Shown piece by piece: positions 21,106 through 32,280 of a stretch of 64,000 nt of DNA. The stretch lies in NCBI GenBank assembly GCA_036172245.1, contig JAYWIR010000090.1, positions 124,001 through 188,000 on the forward strand. Reading direction: 5' to 3'. Positions within the stretch are counted from its first letter, which is position 1. Every line of letters begins with the position of its first letter. The translations under genes and the position numbers were made by a program. The stretch comes from Raillietiella orientalis (lineage: Eukaryota). A model generated the notes under the pieces. That model was given only the letters and a program-made list of their open reading frames with translations, ran no database searches and was not told the origin of the DNA.

Positions 21106-22858
21106 TATTCCTGGGAAGATGGCGATGCGGCGTCCGCCACCTGTTGGGGCGGGACGCTAGGTGGAGGAGGAGGGTCAGGCGCTGCGTGCACCTGGTCCCC
21201 CTCCTCCATGGGTAACGGCGCGTCGAGGGGGTCACCCTTAGGTGGGGTCGCGCCTACCTGTTGGCCCTCCTCCATGGGGGCGGGCTGTTCAGGCTCGGCG
21301 ACTGCAGGGAGGACTTCGCCCCCTTGCTCACCCTCCTCCATGGGGGTGGCCGGCTCGACGGCTTCCGCGCGTGGGAGGTCCCCCTCCGGGATTCCCACGC
21401 TACCGCTACCTTCCTGCTTCTCCTCCTCGCTGGTGGAGGGGAGGCGCCTCCTGGGTTTCTGGGACTTGCGTCCCGACTTCCTGGGGGGGGCCTCCGAGGA
21501 GGAGGATGCACTTCCGGCCCCCAGGTCCGACTCACCTGTGGGGGCCTTTTTCGCGGGAGCCGGCCTTCGCACGGCCTTGCGTGAGGGGTTCTCACGCTCC
21601 GCCAGCGTGGCCGCGAGCTCCTCCGCCGCCTTTGCGAACGCGGCGTCCGCAGTGTCGACCGGCGCGTCGCGCGGCTCACCCTCTGTGTAAAGAGAGGGTT
21701 CGTCGTCGCGAACCTCAGGCGCGGCGGAAACGGCGAGGGAAGGCTCGTCGCCCCGGGTGGCAATCTCGGGAACGGCTATACGCTCCAGTGCTACCGTACA
21801 TTCCCGCATGGTCTTAGAGCGCGGCCCAGGTTTTTTCGCCTTGCCGGCTGTCTTTTTTACCGCTTTCGCGGGTTCCGTGGGGTGCACCTTTTTCTCCTTC
21901 CTGGCCTTGACCAGCTGCCAGCCGTGTTGGACTCCCGCGTCTTCGGAGGGTTTTTCTTCCGACGCCTGTGTGGGAGGAACAGGGGCTAGCGGCTGCTGCC
22001 GGCCAGTATCTCTTTTTGGTCTTTCGACCAGTTTACCGCGTTTTGCCTGTGCTTTTTTTGCAGCAGGCGGCACCGGAGTGGGGCGTTTAGGGCATACGCG
22101 GCGTACGTGGCCCTTCTCCCCGCATAAGTGGCACACAATGTTCGGGCACCGCTTGCGCAAGTGTCCTACTGCATTGCAGTAGCCACAAAAGCGGGGTTTC
22201 CCCACGTACCAGAGGTCTACGACTTCGTCATTGACCTCTAGTTTGTGGGGAAGCCCACTCTCCTTCACCGTCACGCGCGCGGCGGCCTGCCCTCCGAAAA
22301 GGCTATCGTAGCCATCGAAGATTGTGGCCTTTGGCCATAGCGCGTGAACATCTCCATATTTTCTTAACTGATCACCAACCGCAGACCGCGTCATACGGCT
22401 GGTGATCCCTGTCAGATTGACCACTACGGAGCGGTCCATCGTGACTGGTAGGATCTTGCGTCCGTCCACGTTCAGCGGGGTGGTTATCAAGCTTTGCGCC
22501 AAGGTGATGTCCTTGCAGACAACCGCGACGTGCTGACCCCCGCTGAGCACGGATAGACCGTCAAGATCCTCTTCCAACACGTTGGCGTTCTGCAGCGCTT
22601 TCGAAAAAGCGCGTGCAGTTCACCCGTCAAAGAGATTGCCTACCTGGTACACCAGGCTGTGCTTGTACCTAGCTGCCCGGTAGGCCGCCATCTCGGCCAC
22701 GGTTTCGCGCTCGGCGCGGCCACCATGGCGCTCCAGTTCCTCGCCTTGGGCGGCGAGGGCGATTCCGGGGCGGACGCTTCTGATTCTGTAGGATGTGGGG
22801 GTGGGCAAGCCTCCCCCACACCTACCTCCATCGTGGTGTCCTCAGGCATCGCTGCCAT
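21105..22858 (-). pseudogene. Copy E ORF1, 1-bp deletion near 22705
   Basis: 22640..22891 plus 21105..22580; CGYCNAVGHLRKRC and CHLCGEKGHVRRVC. Confidence 0.9.
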
Positions 22859-22953
22859 CGGACACCAACGATGTTCCACACTAAACAACACAACAAAAAA
22901 CCGCTTCCTGTCGACTCACTCGGGAGCGAAGGAAACACACGTCCACTCGCCAA

Positions 22954-22964
22954 GGGATTCGACG
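22954..22964 (+). other. Target-site duplication, right copy
   Basis: gggattcgacg followed by aaggggctcgcaac (GFDEGARN), the expected continuation of C ORF2 (cf. E: GFGEGARN). Confidence 0.82.
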
Positions 22965-25671
22965 AAGGGGCTCGCAACGAACGCCCGTATTTGCACGCGC
23001 GTCGTCACGAAAGGAACCCCAATGTCCGTCGCCTAGCCGAATACCGCGCCGGAGCCGAGCGACAAGCCTGGCAATCCGGGTCAGCCAGCATGCTGGATGA
23101 CTTGGGCCGGGAACGTTCGTCGCCGTCTGCGGTACGGAATCTCGTGCGGTGTTTTTATTCCTCCCTTTACGCCAAAAGACCACCCGAACAAGACGCCTCG
23201 CGGCGATTGCTCATGAGTGGTTCCGTGGCGATAGGGGAGGAGGAGAGAGAAAGCCTTGATGAGCCTTTCACGACCGGTGAAATTCTCGCCGGTATCAAAA
23301 GGCTTAAGAGGCGTAAGGCGCCAGGGGAGGACGGCTTGCCCGCGGAGTTCTTTCAGAGTTTCGCGGAAGAGCTGGCCCCCCTGGTGCTCGAGTTGAAGGG
23401 CGAATCCGAGGCGAAGGCGATGTTACCTCCTCGTTTCGGTCAGCCAGGGTGAGGCTCCTCCCGAAGGGAGGAGACCTCAGGAAACTTTGCAACTGGCGTC
23501 CGATCACGATTGTGAACACGGACGCCAAGTTGATTGCCGGGCTGTGGGCGTCGCGATTGGGGCAGGTGTCCAATTCCATAATTAGCCCGGAGCAGACTTA
23601 CGCTGTTCCCGGGCGAAGTATGGAGGACAACCTCTTCTTCGCGAGCACATGGATGCACGCGCAGCGGAGTAATAAAGAAGGGAAAGGGAAAATTTGCAAC
23701 CCTACTTTGGGGCCGCCAGCGGGACAGGGTAGGGACCCTCATGCGAGAAAGTGGGCCTTAGCGATCGCAGTCGACCTCCATAAGGCATTCGACTGTGTTG
23801 ACCAGGAACTCCTCTTGGAGCTCCTGGGTAGCATGGGCTTCCCACCCTCCTTGATTACCTACCTGCGCTCTTGCTGGCGGAACGCGATAATCGCAATTAC
23901 TTTCAGTGGACAAAAGGTGTATGGCGTGCCGGTGCGGCGGGGCATAAGGCAGGGCGACAGCCTCAGCCCCCTGCTTTTTAGCACCTACGCTGAGTTGGTG
24001 CTGAGAGCGTACAGGGTGACTTTGGCGCCCTTGCCGAGCTCGTGCCCCGGCACGCCAGCCGTAGCGGCGTATGCCGACAATCTTCTGCTCCTCTTACCTA
24101 TGTCCACCACGGCGAAGGCGGTCGGAGATTTCTTCGACCTGCTTAGCCGTGAGGCCGGATTACAGGTTACCAGGGCGAAGTCGTCAGTGTTGCCAGTTGG
24201 AGCGACGTGGGCAGGGCAGCAGGACTGGGTCCGTCTGGGGATCCCCACGGTAAGGTTCATCAAGTACCTCGGTGTGCCGTTGGGGGACTTCTCCCCTGCG
24301 GAAGCGTGGTCCAGCTGCCTCCAAAAAGTCGAGACGGCGATCGGCCCGTTCCTGGAAGGCAAGTTTCACTTGCCGGAATGGGCCGCGGTTTGGAACGCCT
24401 TCGCGGCCGTCATCCTCCGCCCCTTGCTTTTTCTTTGCCCCGCCCCCGTGGAATCAAAAAAGCGGACGAAGGACCTCCTCCGCATAGCTCTTTGGGGCAA
24501 GGGGAGGCCCCGAGTCCCTTTGAAGGACTTGTGTGCTCCGCGTCGGGACGGCGGTCTCAGCATCCTGACGCTGGAGCGCGTGGAAATCCAGCTGCGATGG
24601 CGGACCCTTGCCATCGCAGCGAAGATGTGGAGCACCGCTTGGTGCATTCCGGCTCGCCTCCTGGCCAGGCGTGTGTCCCGCTCCGAAGGACTCGCATCGT
24701 TTCTTCTGTGCCCTGGCCGGAAGATTCGAAGATGCGGTCTACTGCTCGGCCGCATGGCAACCCTGGCAAAGGAGAACGACTGGATGGTTTGTGGCCCTGC
24801 CAACTCCTCCGCTTGGCTGGAAGAGACTGCTGGCACCTGGGCCAAGCAGAACCAGAGGTGCGAAGACCGGATGAACTGCCTGCGATTCGGCTTTTACGCC
24901 CGCCGAACTCTCCGTGAAATTCTTCAATTTCCACGGAGTTGCACGTGGGCGGAAGGCACACCCCTTGTTACGGCGATGCCCTTCCTCCAAAGAGCGCTTC
25001 ACGAAAGCCGGAAGCCAACGTGGCAAGTCTGCTGCCGTATCGCAGGCAGAGAGAAGATGATGAGCGGCTGGACCATGGGAGAGTTGACAGATGCAACGAC
25101 CCCTAATCTCCAGCCGCGTGGATTAAGAAGATGGGGCGAGCTGCTCGGCATTCGATTGGATGACCTGAAGTGGCCCCCGTGTCTACTTGGATCCAGGATT
25201 CTTCCCCTGAAGTGGCAAGAATCGGCGCTTCTGTGGCTGCATTGGGGTCTACCCTGCAACGCGCGCCGCTTCCACTGGACGCGGGGAAGAGTAAATCCTG
25301 CGTGTGCCAGGTGTGGGGAGCAGGAGTCGCTCCCCCACCTCTTAGTTGAATGCCCTGCCGTCCAGATTCTTTGGGATCGTCTGAAAACGGCCCTCCGGAT
25401 ACCGGATGGTGGCAATGTTGGATGTGTCTTCAGTCTGGTCTTCGTGCGGGACGCTCTCAGTCCAGCCGCAGCCCTGGCAGCACTTTGCTGCATTCGTGGT
25501 ATTGTGGCGGCCTGGAGTGATGCCGAACATGAAGACTGCATCGTGAGGGACGTCATCGAGTATGCTTCTCGCTTCCTGCAGAGAGCTACCCGATGGCCCC
25601 ATCTAGGAAAGCTGAAAATGGAACTAAAAGGCATCCTGCAAAGGATGGGCGCTCCCAGCAGTTTTCAGTGA
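22955..25671 (+). pseudogene. Copy C ORF2 C-terminal part (RT and CCHC)
   Basis: 740-aa ORF 23449..25671 with WRPITI, DLHKAFD, RQGDSLSP, YADN (catalytic D to N), KYLG, CARCGEQESLPHLLVEC; frameshift near 23395. Confidence 0.9.
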
Positions 25672-25899
25672 TCCCTTCCCGGCCCTCCAAACTTTTTTTT
25701 TTGTGGTTTGTTTTTCTTTTTTATTTTATTTTTGTTTTTTCCCCCATCCCCCTCCACTGCCGAGGAGAGCCACACCGGGCTGCGTCCCGGTGTCCCGGCA
25801 GTTCCGGTATTGCGTGACCGTCAGTGGGGCCTTGTACCACGTTCTGTATTGACCGTTGAAATGTTTTTTAATAAACGTCCCGGCGTATCCGGGTGGCAT

Positions 25900-26785
25900 C
25901 GCCGAAACCTGGAGGAAGTTGATGGAGGGGAAACTGGTCACAGAACTCTGGGACTGAGCGTTTTATTTTGTCCCAGTCAGCGAGAGTCTGCAGTTCGCAA
26001 CTACGCAGGAATGCGCGCAGATGTTCGCGCGGTCCTGCGAGTCGCAACCAGTCCCCCGGCAGGCGCCACGTTTCGGAAGGTGGACCTCTGTCGCGCGGAT
26101 GAATGTTGATCACTAGCCGAGAGTGATCGGACAGTTGCGACGCAATTGCTCCTCGAGTCCCCATCCGCGTACACAAGTGGTTATCGAGGAACACGTGGTC
26201 GATTCTGCTTCTCGCCCCGGCTTCATCGGCCAACAAGTTGCGTGTGTGCATAGCCGCACACAACTCGTTGACCAATTGCGCTCGTATGTCGGGCGCTTCC
26301 GACAGCAGGCGGACGTTGAAGTCTCCCGCTATCAGATGCGCCCGCCGCACGCCTGCTTCGGCCAGCACGTCTCGCCGCAGGGCTTCGAAGAACGCAGTGC
26401 GTTCTGCGCGCCTGTGGCTGGTGCAGGGCGCGTACAGGTTCGTGACTACGAGGTCGATCGATTCGGACCACTTAAGGACAAGTTGTCCGACTCGACCTCC
26501 CTCGTCGAACTGTGCACTGCGCACCGCATTGGCCACGGCCGGCTTCAGCAGGAAGGCCACTCCGCGGGAGTGGTCTCCTCCACCACGCCAAAGTAGCCTG
26601 TCCCCTGTGAGCCTCTCGATTTCCTGGACGTCCTCTGCTCTGAAGGCATGCACCTCTTGAAGAAGTGCCAGATCGAAAGGTCGCAGGGTGTCGGCCACGC
26701 TACGCCTCTTGCTTTCGCTACGCAGCCCGTTGACATTCCAACAGGCTATACGCAGCTGCCGGCAAGAGGCGATTACACGCATCAT
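25900..26785 (-). pseudogene. Copy F ORF2 N-terminal part (APE endonuclease)
   Basis: CWNVNGL, LLQE, NLYAP, GDFN, RIDHVF, SDH in one open frame. Confidence 0.9.
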
Positions 26786-28414
26786 ACTAGTGATGGTGGT
26801 GGCGTGTGTATTGCCGCCTCCTGTTCGGGAGGCGGCTGGTCGTTGTCCATCTGCGGTGGTGGCGTTTCGGCAACGACCGGAACGTCTGCAGCCGGACTGA
26901 GGTCGATAGGAAGGACCGACCGGATGCTGTCGATGGAGGGATCCCGCGACCTCGCGGACATCGCCTCCTCGCTATCCGAGCGCATCTCCTCCTCCTCAGC
27001 CTGAGGGGGAGCGACGCGCATAGGGTTGCGCGACTTCCGGCCCGCCTTCCTCTTCGGAAGAGCGACGGTGGGAGGGTTCCCGGCTTCCGCCTCGGACTCG
27101 GAAGTTTCCGGGCCCTTAACTTCCGCCGGACGTCTGACGGCCTTCTTTGCAGCCTTAGGCGTCTGCATTAAAGTGGCCGCGAGTTCCTCCGCCGCCTTCG
27201 CGAAGTTTTTCTCGTCTCTGCTGCACGCGTGTTTGTCGCAGGATTCCTGCGGCGGTTCGGCGGCGTTCGCGACGGTTGCAGGAGTCGCGTTCGCCGATCG
27301 ACGCTCGATCGACGGAACGCGCTCGATTGAAACACGGCATTCCTTTATGGACTCGCGCGGCGAAATTTTTGGTTTGCCGACCGCGGATTTTTTCGGAACG
27401 CTCGCGTTCTGATTTTTTGAGTTTTTTGTAGGGATTTTTTTTGTTTTGTTTTCAATTTGTTTGGGTTTTTTGCCGGAGACGATTTTCCAGCCTTCCTCGT
27501 CGGCATTTGGATCAGAAGTCTCCTTTTGAGGCTCCTGCTCCTTGTGCACGACTTCTTCTGAAGTCGGCTTTCCATCGCTCTTTGCTTTAAATTCTGCCTT
27601 CTTCCCCTCGTTTGTCGAAGGGGCTGAAGGCGGTTTTCGCGGCGGTTTTCGGGCACACAGCACTAGTGTGGCCCTTCGCGCCGCAAATTGGGCATGTAGC
27701 ATCCGGGCATCTCTTTTTAAGATGCCCGAATGTGTTGCACAGCCCACAGTATTTTTTCTTCCCCACGTACCAGAGGTCGACGAGCTCGTCGTTGACTTCA
27801 AGCTTATGGGGAAGTTCTTTATTTTCGCGGAGAGTTACCCGCGCGGCCACTCGCCCACTGAATGCGCCTCGATAAGTAAAGGCGTTGGGCTTTGACCACA
27901 TCGCTTATATCTCCGCGAATTTGTTGATTTCAGTGCGGATGGCTTCATCGGTCATCCGCACCGTTGTACCCGTGAGGTGGATCACCATAGAGTGATCCAC
28001 CGTGTGTGGGAGGCGATTCCGCCCTTCGAACGGAACGGGCGTGCAGAGCAGTTTGTGTGTGAGCGCTGCATCTTTGCAGATCAGCTCCGCGAACTGCCCG
28101 CCGCTCCGAATCGAGAAGCAAAGAATCTCCTCGTCAGAGATTCCCATCCTACGGATGGCGTTTCCAAATTTCCGCGTTGTAAGCAGTGAATAAAGATTTC
28201 CTACCTTGTAAAGGAGGGCTGGGTTGTAGCCCTCCTTTATGTAGGCCTGCACTTCGGCGGCCAATTCCGGCGGAGCCGCCGCAGCCACCTTTTTCCACGC
28301 CCTCGCCGGGGTGGCAGGGGCTGATTTTCTGGACGGGCATGACCCCACCTCCATAGGTTGGGGAGACGTGGGCCTCACGTCTCCCGTCGCAGGTACTGCA
28401 GCGTCTTCAGGCAT
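26782..28414 (-). pseudogene. Copy F ORF1, disrupted
   Basis: MPEDAAV start homologous to MPEDTT; stop at ~27905; CGLCNTFGHLKKRC and CPICGAKGHTSAVC; frameshift near 27645. Confidence 0.85.
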
Positions 28415-28713
28415 TTCTGCCTTCCAACGGCAGCACTTCCAATCCACACAACACCTAGTTTTGGCTTCGCTCACGGGAGCTGACCAAAAACGCGTGCGGC
28501 ACCGGCGCAGGTTTGCCGCATTCAAGAGGTTTCAAATTGCATAGATGATGCTAATGATAAGTGTACGTTTAGTGGTGTGGAAAGAAAAGCAATTTCTGTT
28601 ATGGATGGAGGGTATCAAACAGAGCATTACAAGAAAAATCGCGACATTGTCTGGGAAACGCACTATAGAAAGGACCACCATTCCATGGTGATCCAACATT
28701 CTGATTCCTGAAT

Positions 28714-31700
28714 CCTCTTCACGAAAGATCCATTTGCAACGTTTCGGGGTTTCCAATCAATTCGAAATTAGCAGATGTCACCATTGCACTTTTGCACCTC
28801 TTCCCAAAGCGTCCATTTGCAGGCAGTTGCCAATTCCCGTGATGGATAACCGCAGAGCCGTCCTTTTTTTTTGTGTGGAAGAACATTGAAATGAGGCCGA
28901 AGTTTCAGAAAAGTGGGGCACTTTGGAATCTGTGTCGCCTACATGGTAACCAGTGTCGGAATTACAAAGGGAATGTTTTCCTTCTCTTTGAATCATTATA
29001 TTGTCCGAATTTGCAACGTGTAGGGGTTAGTAGTCAATTCGAAATTAGCAGATCCCACAATTGCACTTTTGCGGCTCTTCACGAAGCATCCATTTGCAGT
29101 TAGCGATAAATTCCCGTTATGGATAGCCGCACAAACGTCCATTTTTCTGGGTTCTGAAGAACATTGAGAAGAGTCCGACGCTTCATTAGGATGTGTCACT
29201 GTGGAATCTGTGTCGTCTTCATGGTAACCAGTGTCGGAATTACAAAGGGAATGCTTTCCTTGTCTTTGCTTCAGTATATGGTTCGAATTGGCAACGTTTG
29301 GGGGTTTGCAATCAATACGCAAAAAGCATATTACACTACTGCACGTTTGCGCCTTTTCACGAAGCATCCATTTGCAGTTCGCGATAAATTCCCGATACGG
29401 ATAGCCGCACACACGTAAATTTTCCTGGGTTCTGAAGAACATTGAGATGAGTCCGACTTTTTATTAGGATGGAGCACTGTGGACACTGTGTCGTTTTCAG
29501 GGTAACCAGTGTCCGAATTAGAAACGGAATGTTTTCCTTCTGTTTGATTCATTATATTGTCTGAATTTGCAAAGTTCAGTTGTTTGCTAATCAATTGGAA
29601 ATTAGCAGATATCACCATTCTACTTTTGCGTTTCTTCACGAAGGATACATTTGCTGCGAACGCCAAATTCTCTTCATGGATACCCGCAGAAACGTCCATT
29701 TTTCTGGGTCCAGAAGAACATTGAGATGAATCCGACGTTTCAGTAGAGTGAGGCAGTTTGGAATCTGTGTCGTCTACATGGTAACCAGTGTAGGATTTAG
29801 AAAGGGAATGTTTTCCTCCTCTTTGATTCATTATATTGTCCGAATTTGCAAAGTTTAGTTGTTTGTAATCAATTCGAAATTAGCACATTTCTCCATTGCA
29901 CCTTTGCAGCTCTTCACGAAGCAACCATTTGCAGTGAGCGCCAAATTCCAGTCATGGATAGCCGCACAAACGTCCATTTCCGTGGGTTCAGAGGTACATT
30001 GATATAAATCCTACGTTTCATTAGGGTGAGGCACTATGGAATCTGTGTCGTTTTCATGGAAACCTGTGTAGGAATTAGCAAGGGATTATTATCCTTCTCT
30101 TTTTTTCATGATATGTTCCGGATTGGCAAAGTTTGGGGTTTGTAATCAATTCGAAATCAGCATGTTACTCCAATGCACTTTCGCGCCTCTTCACGAAACA
30201 TCCATTTGCAGTGTGCGCTAAATTTCCGTTATGGATAGCCGCAAAAACGTAAATTTTCCGGGGTTCAGAAGAACATTGAGATGAGTCTGACGTTTTATTA
30301 GGGTGGGGGACTGTGGACGCTGTGTCGTTTTCATGGTAACCAGTGTCGGAATTAGAAAGGGAATGTTTTCCTTCTCTTTGATTCATTATAATGTCCGAAT
30401 TTGCAAAGTTTAATTGTTTATAATCAATTCGAAATTAGCAGATATCACCATTGCACTTTTGCGTTTCTTAACGAAGGATCCATTTGCTGTGAACGCCAAA
30501 TTCTCTTCATGGATAGCCTCACAAATGCCCATTTTCCTGCGTTCAGAAGAACACTGAGATGTGTCCGACGTTTCATTAGTGTGTGGCACTTTGAACACTG
30601 TGTCGTTTTCATGGCAACCAGTGTCGTTATAAAAAGCGAATGTTTTCCTTCTCTTTGATTCATCATATTGTCGGAATTTGCAACGTGTAGGGGTTTGTGA
30701 TCATTCGAAATTAGCAGATGCCACCATTGCACTTGAGCGCCTCATCACAAAGCATCCATTTGCACTGATCGCCATAATTCCCGTCATGGATAGCCGCACA
30801 AACGTTCATTTTTCTGGGTTCAGAAGAACATTGAGGTGTGTGCGATGTTTCATTATGGTGGGGCACTGTGGACTCTGTGTCGTTTTCATGGTAACCAGTG
30901 TCGGAATTACAAAGGGAACGTTTTCCTTCTCTTTGATTCATTATATTGTGTGAATTTGCAAAGTTTAGTTGTTTGTAATCAATTCGATATTATCAGATAT
31001 CACCATTGCACTTTTGCGTTTCTTCACCAAGGATCTATTTGCTGTGAACGCCAAATTCTCGTAATCGATACCCGCAGAAACGACCTTTTTTCTGGGTTCT
31101 GAACAACATTGAGATGATTCCGACGTTTCAGTAGAGTGGTTCACTATGGAATCTGTGTCGTATTCATGGTAACCAGTGTCGAAATTAGAAAGGGAATGTT
31201 TTCCTTATATTTTAATCATTATATGGTCCGAATTGGCAACGTTTGGGGGTTTGCAATCAATTCGCAAAAAGCATATTACAATACTGCACGTTTGCGCCTT
31301 TTCACGAAGCATCCATTTGCAGTGCGCGATAAATTGCCGTTACGGATAGTCGCACACACGTAAATTTTCCTTGGTTCTGAAAACCATTGAGATGAGTCTG
31401 ACGTTTTATTAGGATGAAGCACTGTGGACACTGTGTCGTTTTCATGGTAACCAGTGTCGGAATTAGAAACTGAATGTTTTCCTTCTGTTTGATTCATTAT
31501 ATTGTCTGAATTTGCAAAGTTCAGTTGTTTGCTAATCAATTGGAAATTAGCAGATATCACCATTCTACTTTTGCGTTTCTTCACGAAGGATACATTTGCT
31601 GTGAACGCCAAATTCTCGTCATGGACACCCTCAGAGACGTCCATTTTCCTGCTTTCAGAAGTACATTGAGATGAATCCGACGTTTCATTAGTGTAAGGCA

Positions 31701-32280
31701 CTTCGGGCTCTCTGTAGCTTTCATGGTAACCAGGGTCGGAATAAGAAAGGGAATGTTTTCCTGCACTTTGAATCATTATATTGTCCAAATTCGCAAATTC
31801 CAGGGGTTTGTAATCAATTCGAAATTAGCAGATATCACCATTGCACTTTTGCGCCTCTTCACGAAGCATCTATTTGCAGTGCGCGATAAATTCCCGTTAC
31901 GCATATCCGCACAGATGTCCATTTTATTGTATTCAGAAGAACATTGACATGAGTCCCACGTTTGAATAGGGTGAAAAACTACGGAACGTATGTCACCTTA
32001 TTGGTAACGAGTGTCGGAATTATATAAGGGATGTTTTCCCTTCCTTTGATTCACTGTGTGGTCCCAATTTACAGCGTATAGGGGTTTGTAATCAATTCGA
32101 AATCAGCAGATTTCACCATTTCACTTTTGCACTTCTTCTCGAAACATCAATTCGCAGTGAGAGGCAAATTCCCGTGATGGATACCCGCACAAAAGTCCTT
32201 TCTCCGGGTTTCAGAGGAACATTGAGATGAGTGTGACGTTTCATTAGATAGAAACACATTGTACTCTATGTTGTATTCAT
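28714..32280. repeat. 278-bp satellite, divergent edge subfamily (~13 monomers)
   Basis: catggtaaccagtgtcgg recurs every ~278 bp; diagnostic gaacattgagatgagtccgacgtttc and gtcggaattagaaaggg. Confidence 0.9.

Larger units (their letters stand above)
17303..22953 (-). mobile_element. Copy E, full-length, head-to-tail with D and nearly identical to it
   Basis: Collinear with D at offset ~5660; AATAAA at 17328-17333(-). Confidence 0.95.
22954..25899 (+). mobile_element. Copy C, 3' part (linker, RT, CCHC, 3' UTR)
   Basis: Resumes exactly where C was interrupted at 11642; ends AATAAA (25870-25875) CGTCCCGGCGTATCCGGGTGGCAT. Confidence 0.9.
25900..28533 (-). mobile_element. Copy F, 5' half (5' UTR, ORF1, EN) of a divergent subfamily, interrupted by C's 3' end
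   Basis: ORF2 reads ...EFCDQFPLHQLPPGFG and then becomes the reverse complement of C's 3' end; 5' boundary is approximate. Confidence 0.9.

Noticed and set aside
11643..22953. LTR or DIRS-type terminal repeats
   Set aside because: Repeated ends belong to separate tandem LINE copies; no integrase, protease, RNase H or tyrosine recombinase motifs seen
336..27900. Long antisense and alternate-frame ORFs (e.g. 336..1502, 12762..13766, 14996..16027)
   Set aside because: Shadow ORFs of GC-rich retroelement coding sequence with no motifs; they recur only because the copies are similar
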